A DNA stretch of 64,000 bases from Octopus bimaculoides (taxonomy: Eukaryota), in assembly GCF_001194135.2 (NCBI RefSeq), contig NC_068983.1, forward strand, positions 94,686,976 through 94,750,975. The letters run 5' to 3'. Below are positions 12,849 to 25,519 of the stretch, in pieces (the stretch's first letter is position 1; each line of letters begins with the position of its first letter). The position numbers and the translations under genes are program-made. The notes under the pieces were generated by a model. That model did not search any database. It worked only from the letters and a program-made list of their open reading frames with translations, and was not told the origin of the DNA.

Positions 12849-15704
12849 TAGTATAGATTTTAGCCAACACTATATAATAGACAGATGTAAACACTTTATA
12901 TAAATACCTTCAAGTACAGTAAAAGAAGGATCAAGTAGACTAATTTCAACCTCACTTTGAAATTTCAGTGGTGACTGAATACCTTCTTCAATTGTTCACT
13001 GAGATACTATTTATAAACCCCATTATTACTAAGGGCTTAAANNNNNNNNNNTGTTCACTGAGATACTATTTATAAACCCCATTATTACTAAGGGCTTAAA
13101 AAAACTGGACTAACCAATTTCCATATATAACATATTCTTGGCAGCTAGTTCAAATAATAAATTACTGAATGCATTAATATTAAATAGTACAGAGTATATC
13201 TGTAGATTTTAGCCCACACTATGCAATGAACAGATGTAAATATCTTGTGTTTACTTGCTGTATTTTCATGGATAGAAAAAGAGGGATCAGTTGGGGTAGT
13301 TCTAATCCTTTGTTGAGATTTCATTAGCAACTGCATACTTTTATTAGCTGTCCATGGAGATAGTGCTTATAAATCTACTTACTAAGGGCAAAGCTTTACT
13401 GGATGAACTAATTTACAAGAGAAAACATGCAGCTTAGCTATAACTGAACACATTTTATAACAGGCTATAATAAATCAAGACGAGTCGTTTAAGGTGAAAA
13501 TATCATACATGAATGCAATAATAAAATAAAAACAACTTAGCTAGAGTAGAAAAAAATATTTTATACAAAATACCAGTATAGTTGAACATGGACACAAAAA
13601 TCTAACATGAATGACAGGCATTTAAAGTGTAAATATCATGCCATGCATAAATACATTTGTAAAATATCACAAAAGAAAACAATACCAGCTTAGCAATATT
13701 AGAAAGTATTTTATTTCAATAATCCTCTGGCATTTTCTGTGCAATGGTCTTTTTGTATGTATCAATAAGCCCTATCTCTTCATGAACAGGAACTCCAACC
13801 TGTTCTTAAATTAAAAACTTCTGAATTCTTTGTCCTCTTACTTTCCTGGCTTGATCGTTTTGATGGAAAAGTATTTTCCGGTATGTCTCTCATTTATCAC
13901 CCAATTATTTTAACTCAAATTCTCTAAGTGTTGTCTTTAGTGTCTCCGTTATTTTATTTTTTCTGTAGCAAAACATCATGTTGCCATTCTACTACCATGA
14001 TCCTCAGCATAGAAAACGGTATAGTTTAAGTACTTTCTTCTCGCCACCATAATCAGGAGTGTAAAATCTTTCACTGCTATCACTGTGTGTTTGTATTTAT
14101 GTTGTAAGACTAAATGTACCAAGAAGTTCATACAAGTAGTAAACACCAAATATATGAAATAGTAATAGATAATGAGTATCATGATTTTATATCCACTTTC
14201 GGTACAATTATTTAGTTACTACCTTCCTAGATAGGTCAGAGGACAATGTCTTACTTAGAGTATTCCATTTTTGGCATAATTTCTGTGGCTAGATGCCCTT
14301 CTAACACAAACTACTATACAGAGTACTCCAGATACATTTGATCATGGTAGCAGTACTTGTGTCTTCAGACAGATTAAAGGATAGTCTCTGCTTGTTTTCT
14401 AATTACTTTAGAGTGATATTGAGTGCATTTTATCTTGACATCAACACTAATGAGGTTGCCTTCTCACTCACATGAGTAAAGAGTCATTACTTCTATAATG
14501 TCTCTACTCAGTCAAGGTTATGTGACCAGGAAGTAGGGAACAAGAGTCAGATGAGGAAACAGTGGTAGAAATAGTTCAGTGCTGTAACAAGAGTATAATG
14601 GGAGAAATGTCATGACAGGGGAGAAGTTCAGTGGGGTGAGAGTTAGAGGGTTGATGAAAGAGATGAGGAGGTATCTGAGAATGTATTAGTGATAAAAAGA
14701 AGAGGTTACCAAAGAGCAGACAGGCTTAACAAGAGTATATTAGCAATATGCTATAATGTAGGTATATGCCTCCACCTTCATTATCTATATTTTTCTAATT
14801 ATGGAAACTTACCACAAGCCAGAAATTTTTATAATTCTTTTTACTTAAAAAAAAAAAATACTTTGCCAGCTGATTAGACTTGACATTAACTATGCTTCAC
14901 TGTCAAACTCCAGTAATACAGAAATATGTCTGCAGTTCCTTTTACCTTGCTAACGAATATCAGTTTTTTTNNNNNNNNNNNNNNNNNNNNNNNGGGGTTC
15001 TCCTAAGCATGTAAATTATTTTGTGAAATTTACTGTTATTTGACATTATCTCCACTTAGAGTCTCCCTAATAATTGTCGTTTGACTTTTGTGTCCTTTCT
15101 TGAAAAGGTGAAACTTCAATCAGTTAAGAATTGCATCATCCCTTAATGTATCTAAATTCATGCTATTGATTTAGTTATTTTCCTTAGCAATTAAAGAAAT
15201 CTTTTTAAATTATAATTATCAATACTTACCAAATAATAAAACATCTTTTCTTTCAACACAAAGAAACTTATCCTAAAGGCAATCAAACTCTTAACCTCAG
15301 ACATTTGTTTCTCGAACCTATACCAACTTACACAACCTTTTTCATTCTAAATGCTAGCAACTCTGTCCTTATCCTAACCATTAACTCATTGCTTCACCTC
15401 AGGATACATCTCACTTGATTTGAAATGTTAGACATGATTTCTTTATAATATTTTGGATTTCTGTTCCTCTTTGGTAACTAATGCTACAAGTTTAAAGAGA
15501 TGACTTTTCATTTTATCTTCAAAATACATAGAACCAAGATCACTTTATATCGTAAATATAAACCAGCTCTGTTGTCTATAAAATACTTTAATTCATGCAT
15601 AACCACTTTCTCTCTGAAGCAGCTGTGCTTAAAGAGATTTATGTATTATATTTCTTTTTGTTTTTTCTTCCTAGGAAGTGAAGAAATGATCTATAATTTT
15701 TAGG

Positions 15705-16070
15705 TGTAAGTGTGGCTGTGTTGTAAGAAGTTTGCTTCGAAGCCACATGGTCCCAAGTCCAGTTTCATTGTGTGGCCCCCTTGGGCAAGTGTCTTCTACT
15801 ATAGCCTCAGGCCTTGTGAGTGGATTTGNNNNNNNNNNNNNNNNNNNAGCCCATCGTGTATGTGTGTGTGTGTATCTGTGTTGGTTCCCCATCACCACTT
15901 AACAGCCAGTGTGTTTACATCCCTGCAACTTAGCAGTTTGGCAAAAGAGGCTGATGGAATGAGTACTAAGCTTTAAAAAAAAACGTACTGGGGTTAATTT
16001 GTTCAGCTAAAAATTCTTTGAGATGGTGTCCCAACATGGCCACAGTCTAATGACTGAAACAAATAATAAA
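15705..16070 (+). mobile_element. tRNA-derived SINE family A
   Basis: Similar to 9239-9683. Confidence 0.75.
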
Positions 16071-16784
16071 AAAAAAAGAGGTTTTTTGACCTTGTGTCTT
16101 ATAATTGGATGTCCTTTCTAAAGACAACCACTCAACTGTAATATTGGAAGCTGAATCTATTTTAATCTCCTCCTCCTCCTCCTCCTCCCCCTCTTCCTTC
16201 TTTTTTTTAAAATTCTGCAATGCTGGTAACATTTGGCTCATACTCTGAAATAAACATTCAATATTTTTTTCTATTTATATCTGGTACTGTTTTGGATAAA
16301 TATATGATTTGCTCTATAGACTTACTAGTAGATTTTTAGTCTGATAAATATATATCATGTTGGTAATCAAGTTAATCTCTACAAAGAATAATTTGTCTCT
16401 TCCCTCCTCTACTCCACTTCCTCTGCATTTGGCTTCCATCTTTATTTAATTCACTGCTTCAACATCTTTATCAGACAAATTACAGTAGAATGTCAGGCTT
16501 GCTTGTAATAAAAATATAGTGGCATGCAGAGCCAAATAGCTAGCTTTTCTTGTGCAGTCGAGGCAATCAATAGAATTAATTAGATTAGATGAAATTAATC
16601 CTTCTGATTAGAAAGCTCAATAGTTACAGTTGAGGATATTCAAGTCATTCTTATTTTTACATTGTAAATCCTTCAGCATTATACACCTACACTCATTGCA
16701 TTCTTCCTCTACAATAGCATTAGTTTCTTTATACAATTCAAGTTTCAAATGGCTTAACAACAACAATAATAATTATAATTCTTC

Positions 16785-17729
16785 TAAAGCACAAGGTTTG
16801 GAATTTTGGGAGAAGGGTACTAGTTGATTACATCAACCCAGTGTTCAACTAGTACTTATTTTATTGACTCTGAAAGGATGGATGAAAGGCTAAGTTGATG
16901 TCAGCAGAATTAGAACTCAGAACATAAAGTCAAGAAATGCCTCTAAGCATTTTGTCCGGCATGCTAATGATTCAACTAGCTCATCTTAATGATTATAATA
17001 ATAATAATAATAATTCTATCTACTGTAGGTATACTGCTGAAATTTGGCAAGAGGTCAATTGCATCAACCCCATTGCTCTACCTTGAAAGAATAAAAGGCA
17101 AAGTCAACCTCAGCAGAATTCAAACTTAGAATGTAAAGCTGAAAAAATGCTATTAAGCATATTGCCTGGTGTGCTAACAATTCTGCCAGCTTACTGCCTT
17201 AATAATGATAATAATAATAGTAATAGTAATAATAATAANNNNNNNNNNCTTACTGCCTTAATAATGATAATAATAATAGTAATAGTAATAATAATAATGG
17301 TTTCAGATTTTTAGCACCTTAGCGATTTTAGAGAAGGAGTAAGTCGAATTCATCAACCCCAGTGCTGAGCTGTTACTTATTTTATCAACTCCAAGGGGAT
17401 GAAAGACAAAGTCGACCTTGACAAAATTTGACTAGAACTTATTGTGGAGTGAATGATTAAAGTTGATTTTAGTCGCATTTGAACTCAGAATATAAAGAGC
17501 TAATATTAGGGTGCAGTAGTAGCTGTGTGGTAAGTAGCTTGCTTACCAATCACATGGTTCCGGGTTNNNNNNNNNNNNNNNNNNNNNNNNNNNNNNNNNN
17601 NNNNNNNNNNNNNNNNNNNNNNNNNNNNNNNNNNNNNNNNNNNNNNNNNNNNNNNNNNNNNNNNNNNNNNNNNNNNNNNNNNNNNNNNNNNNNNNNNNNN
17701 NNNNNNNNNNNNNNNNNNNNNNNNNNNNN

Positions 17730-17766
<37 letters not shown>

Positions 17767-18193
17767 TATGTATGTGTTTGTCCCCCCGATGGTGGTGTGT
17801 ATACATTCCCGTATCTTAGCAGTTCAGCAAAAGAGACCGATAGAATAAGTACTAGGCTNNNNNNNNNNNNNNNNNNNNNNNNNNNTGCTTGACTAAAGGT
17901 GGTGCTCCAGCATGGCTGTAGTCAAATGACTAAAACAAGTAAAAGAGCTAAAATAAATGCTACAATACAAGGAATTTTTTCCAATGTTTTGATGTTTCTA
18001 CAAGCTCAATAAATATATTGGGTCATCCCACAAATAATGCATATTTTTTTATACTTCTATTTTTCAAAATTAAGATAAACAAAGTTCTTTTTTNNNNNNN
18101 NNNNNNNNNNNNNNNNNNNNNNNNNNNNNNNNNNNNNNNNNNNNNNNNNNNNNNNNNNNNNNNNNNNNNNNNNNNNNNNNNNNNNNNNNNNNN

Positions 18194-18237
<44 letters not shown>

Positions 18238-18690
18238 CTGTTTCTGATTTAGACACTAGGCCAGAAGTTTTTGACAGGAGAGGAGCAGTTTTATTATATC
18301 TACCTTGGTACTTGACTGGTACTTTATTTTATCAATTTTGAAAAGATGGAAGGTAAAGTTGAACATGGCAAAATTTGAACTCAGAACATAAAGACAGATG
18401 AAATGTCACTAAATATTTTTCCTGGTACACTAACAATTCTGCCAGCTCACTGCCTTAATAATATTAGTAATATTGGTTTCAAATTTTGGCACAAGGTCAG
18501 CAATTTCAAGGAGGAGTTAAGTTAACATCAACCTCAGTGCTCAACTGGTACATATTTTATTGACCCCCCAAAAGGATGAAAGACAAAGTCGACCTTGGCA
18601 GAATTTGAACTCAGTATGTAAAGAAAGACAAAATGCTACTAAGCATTTTACCCAGCATACTAATGATTCTGCCAGCTCACTGCCTTAATA
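16785..18690 (-). mobile_element. Cluster of about five tRNA-derived SINE family B copies (all minus strand) separated by (AAT)n tracts, interrupted by a family A SINE (17511-17948)
   Basis: Repeated block ggtttcaaattttggcacaagg...gatgaaaggcaaagtcgacc...gaatttgaactcagaa...ctgccagctcactgcctta at about 16785, 17030, 17298, 18270 and 18472. Confidence 0.75.
18018..18092 (-). mobile_element. 3' terminal fragment of the same mariner family as 5910-7318
   Basis: TA|ttgggtcatcccacaaataatg...aaattaagataaacaaagttctttt is the reverse complement of 7230-7318. Confidence 0.85.
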
Positions 18691-21203
18691 ATGATAATAA
18701 TAATAATCATTATATTGACTTACTAAGTTTGTATATTTTTCTTATTTGCACATGGGGTTTTTAGAAATCATATGCATCAAAGAAATATATCAACTGAGGT
18801 TTANNNNNNNNNNGGGTTTTTAGAAATCATATGCATCAAAGAAATATATCAACTGAGGTTTAAAATTGTTAAACATTCATACATTAATCAGGTGCAGGCA
18901 TGACTATGATTAAGAAGTTTATGTATCTTTTTATAGCCCAGGACTGATAAATGCTTTAGGAGTGAAATTCATAAATGGAATCAGTGCAGAAGCTCATTGT
19001 ATGTCATTAGGTGTGTATGTATGAATAAGGGTATATACATGTATGTATGTCTTTACACAGACATCCTTTAAAAACGCATTGCCTATGTTTATGTCCCTAA
19101 CTTAGCAATGTGACAAGTGATTTGTAAAGTAATAAGTACTGGAGTCTGTATTATCTACTAAAACCCTTTAGAGGTGGTAATGTGTCATGATCACAGTCCG
19201 ATACTTAAAGCAAATAAGTGTTCAATCTTTCTGGAGACCACAAGGATTGGTGGCCTGTAACTTTAGTTTCTAAAACTTTTACTAGATGAGACAAATCTCT
19301 TTTGATACAATTGTTAGGGTTTTTTTTTTNNNNNNNNNNACTAGATGAGACAAATCTCTTTTGATACAATTGTTAGGGTTTTTTTTTTTTAATACCAGAA
19401 TACCCCATATCTATTCTCATCATTATTAGTCTGTTATCTTGCCCACCTGATCCTCCTTTGTATCCTTAATATAAAGTTTACTATTAATAAAAGAATTTAA
19501 ACATTCATTTTTCTATGTTTGCATAAATTGAAAGGTTTAACCCTTTCGTGTTCAAATTTTTCTGTCAAATGTAATGCTTATGTATTTGCATTATCTCGTA
19601 GCTTCAAGTTTCCAATATGATTATTTTTAGAATGTCATTGTAGGATAGGTGTAATGCTTTGCTTTGTTGGTGACTGTCCTTTAATTTTTTTTTTTTTAAC
19701 ACTGACCAGTCAACTCTCAAAAACTGGAAATNNNNNNNNNNNNNNNNNNNNNNNAATTTTTTTTTTTTTAACACTGACCAGTCAACTCTCAAAAACTGGA
19801 AATTGTTTTGTATCAAATCAAGCAAACTAACAGGAGTGAGATTGTGTGCTTTGTTCAGGTACACAACACAATGATTGTAGTGAAATTTGCACTTATGAAC
19901 ACATGGTTAGTCATCTTGCCACTAAGCCTGACAACCCCTATCAAGAATGAGTTTCTGTGGTTACTTGGTCTGCTAACCTAGCAACCAAATCTTCCTCATG
20001 ATACACTCTGTCTTTAAGGTGAGCTAAGATGTGTTCCTACTTGATCAGGGTTGATCTAAGATTAAGCAATGACTAGCTATTCCTGATACTATATGACACA
20101 CACACACACACACACANNNNNNNNNNCACACACACACACACACACACCTTCAAATATTAGGGAACTTTACTTACTAGAAGTAGTGGCCAAACCCACTTGA
20201 AATCCAATCTTAACCTTAAAAAAAGAATAACCATAGATGTGTTTGATCAGGCTTGCCTGTAGAGTTAGCATTATAATTTTTGCTTGCTTTAATTTGCAGC
20301 TTTATATGTTTATATTTTCAAACTAAATTGTTACTTGTGAAAAATGATCAAATTATTAACTTTATCATCTGTGTATTTATTTAACCTTCATTTCATACTA
20401 AAGACAAGGACATTTTTTCACTTATCTTTTCCCTTAGGCTTGGATTAAACCCTAATATTTCCTTCACAACTCAAGTATTTTAGTGTTTATTGAAATACTT
20501 ATTCAATGATATAAGTATTTCAACACTTAAACTTGAANNNNNNNNNNATTGAAATACTTATTCAATGATATAAGTATTTCAACACTTAAACTTGAAAGTA
20601 TTTCAATACTTATGTGATGGTATTTATACCATTAAAATAAATATGCTGTAAAATATCTTATTTTAATATTGAAAGAAATATTTCTTCCAATTATGTAAAT
20701 GGGAGAAACGTATATATTGAACATAATTCATATATGCATGTTCAAGATTGTACAGTGGTTGGTTTTGAAGAATAGAATTGGTTTGAGAATACATAAGTCA
20801 TAGATATTATGTATATGAAAGCAATAATTGAGTTAATGTTATTAACGTTTTAATACTCCTTGCATAAAATGTGAGCTAGAAATTATATGAAGAAAGTCAT
20901 CAGATGATGACTAATGATATTTGGATTATTTCGATAGGAATTGCAGATAACTCTGGATACACTGGTATGAAACAGAAAGTAGAATTGTTCAGAGAAGAAA
21001 TAACTCAGATGACATTCACTTGAAAACAATTGGTTTAATGTAATGCAGATACCATTAAAAACCAAACAGATAAAAAAAAAAATCTTAAAAAGCAATGTAT
21101 AGAATTGGCTTGAGGAAACATGAAAATCTGCTGTTGCCTATAATATAGCATTTTTGTGTCGTGACGGTCATATCAGCAATGTTATTATTTATTATATCTA
21201 AGT

Positions 21204-21432
21204 AAGACAGCGAGCTAGCAGAATCAGTAGCACTTAACGGCATTTCAAATTAGTTCAAATTCTGCCACGGTTGACTTTGCCTGTCTTCCTTCCAGAGTCG
21301 ATGAAGTAAGTACCAGTTGCGCACTGGAGTTGACATAATCAACTTACCCTCTCCTTGAAATTGCTGGCCTTGTACCAAAATTTGAAATCAATGTTTATAT
21401 ATATATATATATATATATATATNNNNNNNNNN

Positions 21433-21468
<36 letters not shown>

Positions 21469-21680
21469 TGTTGAGCTGGCAGAATCATTAGTACACCAGG
21501 TAAAATGCTTAGTGGCGTTTCAGCTGTCTTTACATTCTGATTTCAAATTCTGCTGAAATCAGCTTTGCCTTTCAACATTTTGGGGTCAATCAAATCAGAA
21601 CCAGTTGAACACTAGGGTCAATGTAATTGACTTATCCCCTCTCTCGAAATTGCTGGCCTTGTGCCAAAATTTTAAATCAA
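21204..21680 (+). mobile_element. Two tandem family B SINEs separated by a (TA)n tract
   Basis: gagctagcagaatc...tgtaccaaaatttgaaatcaat occurs twice (about 21204-21393 and 21464-21680). Confidence 0.75.
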
Positions 21681-22153
21681 TATATATCTAAACTGATTAC
21701 TTCTATCAAATAATCCAGTGGAAACAAAAGTAACTATTCATTATGTATTGTAATTAGCATTTAGAATTAATAGAAATAATTGTACACTGTNNNNNNNNNN
21801 TATGTATTGTAATTAGCATTTAGAATTAATAGAAATAATTGTACACTGTAAAGTTGTCAAACTATATTGCATCATCCTTGTTCAAATATTAAACACTATG
21901 TATTTCTAAAGAAAAGAAAATGAAATTTTTGTGTGAAATAAGCTATACCTGCAACCTGTTATTGTACATTTTGAATACAATGTTCTTAATTTAATGTATT
22001 TATACAACCTAAATATAATTACTGACATGTTTCTTACTACTCCTTGTATGTATGCATAGGTGCCCTTATGTATATGTTGTAGTACTGAGTAGGAAAGCAG
22101 CAAGAATAATAGTACTAGGTATGAAAGCAGCAGGTATTTAATTATATATTTAA

Positions 22154-24048
22154 CTAGACTACCTGAGTCACCAGGGAAGTCTGAATTTCCCATCAATGGA
22201 GTTTTTGTTTCATGGGTTTTTTTTTTTTTNNNNNNNNNNNNNNNNNNNNNNNNNNNNNNNNNNNNNNNNNNNNNNNNNNNNNNNNNNNNNNNNNNNNNNN
22301 NNNNNNNAAAAGGAAAGATTTGGCTGCTATTTCTTGCACACCCTGCTACCACATAACCGGTATTTCAGGTCCTTTATTGCAAATAGCAGTTACATTGTAG
22401 CAGGGCATGCTAGAAATAGCAGCCAAATTTTTAGAGGTGAGATACGTTGAATGCACTCGAAAGAAACCTATAGAAAATATACTATTTCACACTGAGGTTA
22501 CAAACAGGTCTTTTAGGAAATATTTACTATATTTTTAAAGTCATTTTCACTTAAAATATTTGCCCATCATAATGTGTCTAATGGAAAGGTTAGAGTTTCT
22601 TCCCTTTCNNNNNNNNNNTTGCCCATCATAATGTGTCTAATGGAAAGGTTAGAGTTTCTTCCCTTTCAAGGTTAAGTTATTTTTGGAGTATGCACCATAA
22701 TGCACCGTTTTGGGTCTTTATACCCTAAAATCCCGAATATCTCAATAACTACTTGTCCGATTTATATGGAACTTGTTTTATTCTGTTCATATTCACATTT
22801 CAGGGGCACTTTACTTTCAAAGTATTTTCCCATTATGTGCTACTTTGGCTGTGTAACATTGCAAGCAGATTGAACTTCACTTTTAATGTATTACTAGACT
22901 ACCTGTGACATGTTGGGTCACCAGGAAACTCTGAGTTTCCCAGCAATGGAGTTTTGTTTTGGGAGTTTTTTTTTTTTNNNNNNNNNNNNNNNNNNNNNNN
23001 NNNNNNNNNNNNNNNNNNNNNNNNNNNNNNNNNNNNNNNNNNNNNNNCTCTGAGTTTCCCAGCAATGGAGTTTTGTTTTGGGAGTTTTTTTTTTTTTCTT
23101 TTCCAGGTTTTTTCACATGCTTTCAATGAATGTGTCATTGAAATCACGCATAAATGACTCCTTTCCCCAGAAAAGGAAAGATTTGACTGCTATTTCTTGC
23201 ACTCCCTGCTACCACATAACAGGTATTCCAGGTCCTTTTTCACAAATAATTGTTACGTGGTAGCAGGGCATGCTGGAAATAGCAGCCAAATCTTTGGAGG
23301 TGAAATACATTGAAAGCACTCGAAAAAACCTATGGAAAAAATACTATTTTACACTGAGGTTTACGAAATATTTACCGTATTTTTAAAGTCATTTTCACTT
23401 TGAAATATTTTTTGAATATGTCAAGAAAAATTTTTGTAATGATATTCACTTGAAAATAATTTGAAAAAAACATTAAAATATTGTCTGTTAAAAGAAAGCT
23501 AAAATATAAATACTTNNNNNNNNNNACTGTACAAACAGCTTACACTTTTGAAATCACATTCACTTTAAAATATTTCTAAATGATTAAAATATTATGTTTA
23601 ACAAAAACGAAAATAGAAACATTTACTGTAAAAAAGCAAATTGTATACTTTTGTTGTCAAGTCACTGTGTCTAATTGAAAGATAAGAATTTCTTCCCTTT
23701 CAGAATTAAGATTATTTTCGGAATATTTTTCCGAAAACCTCTAATATCTCAAAAGTCACTTGTCTGATTTACACAAAACTTGTTTCATTCTGTTCATATT
23801 AACATTTCAGGGTGTACTTAAGTCATTGTATTTTCTCGTTATGTGCCAGTTTGGCTGGGTAACATTGCAAGCAAGCAAGATTCAAGCTGACTTTTNNNNN
23901 NNNNNNNNNNNNNNNNNNNNNNNNNNNNNNNNNNNNNNNNNNNNNNNNNNNNNNNNNNNNNNNNNNNNNNNNNNNNNNNNNNNNNNNNNTTTGGCTGGGT
24001 AACATTGCAAGCAAGCAAGATTCAAGCTGACTTTTAATGCGTTATAGA
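22154..24048 (-). mobile_element. Head-to-tail tandem pair of non-autonomous Helitron-like elements
   Basis: The minus strand starts a|TCtataacgcattaaaag at 24048. Both units end in a small hairpin plus CTAG|t (22894-22897 and 22154-22157). The two units are clearly homologous but diverged. Confidence 0.7.
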
Positions 24049-25519
24049 TAGATAGATTATATATTACAACTAATGAACAGTAGCATTATTGTGATGGATT
24101 GATCACTGGTTCACTGCATTTCTTACAGCAAGAATGACAAGAGAAGGTGTGTAAATTTGATGTAGAATAAATATCACAAGAGACTATTTGAAAAACACCA
24201 GTTTTTTGGTTTCTTGATATTCACATTGTTTGCTGCACTTAGTATCATTCAAACATTTTATACACACATAACTAGTCAACCTGAGTTTATAGTAAAAGAC
24301 ACTTGTCAAGTTGGTGAACAGTGGGATTGAACCTGGATTTACAGAACTGTAAAAAAACCTTTTAATATAGCTGTGTCTACCCAAATAGTAGTATTAACTA
24401 TTTAACATTTAAACTGGCCATATCTAGCCTAAATATTTTACCCATTTTATGTTCAAACCAGCCNNNNNNNNNNNNNNNNNNNNNNNNNNNNNNNNNNNNN
24501 NNNNNNNNNNNNNNNNNNNNNNNNNNNNTTCCATGCTGGCATGGGTTGGACAGTTTGACAGGAGCTGGCCAGGCAGGAACCTGCACCAAACTTCTGTGTG
24601 TTTTGGCAAGGATTTTACAGCTGGATGTGCTTCCTAACATCAACCACCCAGCAGAGTGCCTCCTACAATGTCATCATAAAAATAAACAGTCATGTCATAG
24701 AAATCTTGAAGCTACAAACTAATGCAGAACAATGTGAATAACTAAGCATTACATTTGACAGAGTAATCTGAACGAGAAGGCAATAGATATTCTAACTGAC
24801 TGTCTTTACTTGTGGTTTTGTATGTGCAGAGAAACAACAAAATCGAATGTTGTAATTCAATAACATAAGAATAGAAATGAAAACATTAATTAGCAATATG
24901 AAAATAGAATTTCAGTGTTGGGAACAAATCATTTTCTTTCTAAAATTTCTTATAATCAAGATGGCGGTTTTATTATTTCTTTTGGTTCCATTCTAAATGT
25001 TTTCTCTCTATGAAAATGAAAGAATTCAGAAAGTACAATTAAAATATCAGTTTTCCACTCCATGGCTTGCTTTTAATATCTATCATAAATTCACATCCTG
25101 TCACCAGCACTATAATATCTATAATGTCTACGATACTTTAACATCTATAATGTCTACGATACTTTAATTTGTCCCCATTTAAACACGGATGTTTTGTTAG
25201 AGCAAACTATACTGCAGTAGTTATCATGAAAGAAACTCTCATAGTGGCTTTTGATGCAAATGCACTCTTGTTTATATTGCTAGTGGAGAGATGAACCCCA
25301 CCACCTCTAGTGCTGAGATCACCAGTTCATGTGATTTTGACCTTCCTTGATCTTGTCAATGACGGACACTTGAATGCTAGAGATAGCAGCAATTCATTTT
25401 CTCCCCAGTGATATATAAACAATGCCAGAACAGGTGCTGGTGTCACAATTAGTCAGTGAGCTTATTAAAAAATATTTATTAGCAACAGAGGCAGTATTAA
25501 TACTAAGATCGTCATCTAA

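Noticed and set aside
15220-15320. Strong minus-strand donor TTG|gtaagtat with the short upstream frame MSEVKSLIAFRISFFVLKEKMFYYL
   Set aside because: No convincing acceptor and no similarity to HSD17B4 or any family I recognise.
7318-18018. Two ends of the same mariner family in inverted orientation 10.7 kb apart, a possible composite transposon
   Set aside because: Both are 3' ends whose elements extend away from the intervening DNA. They look like independent insertions rather than ends enclosing a cargo.
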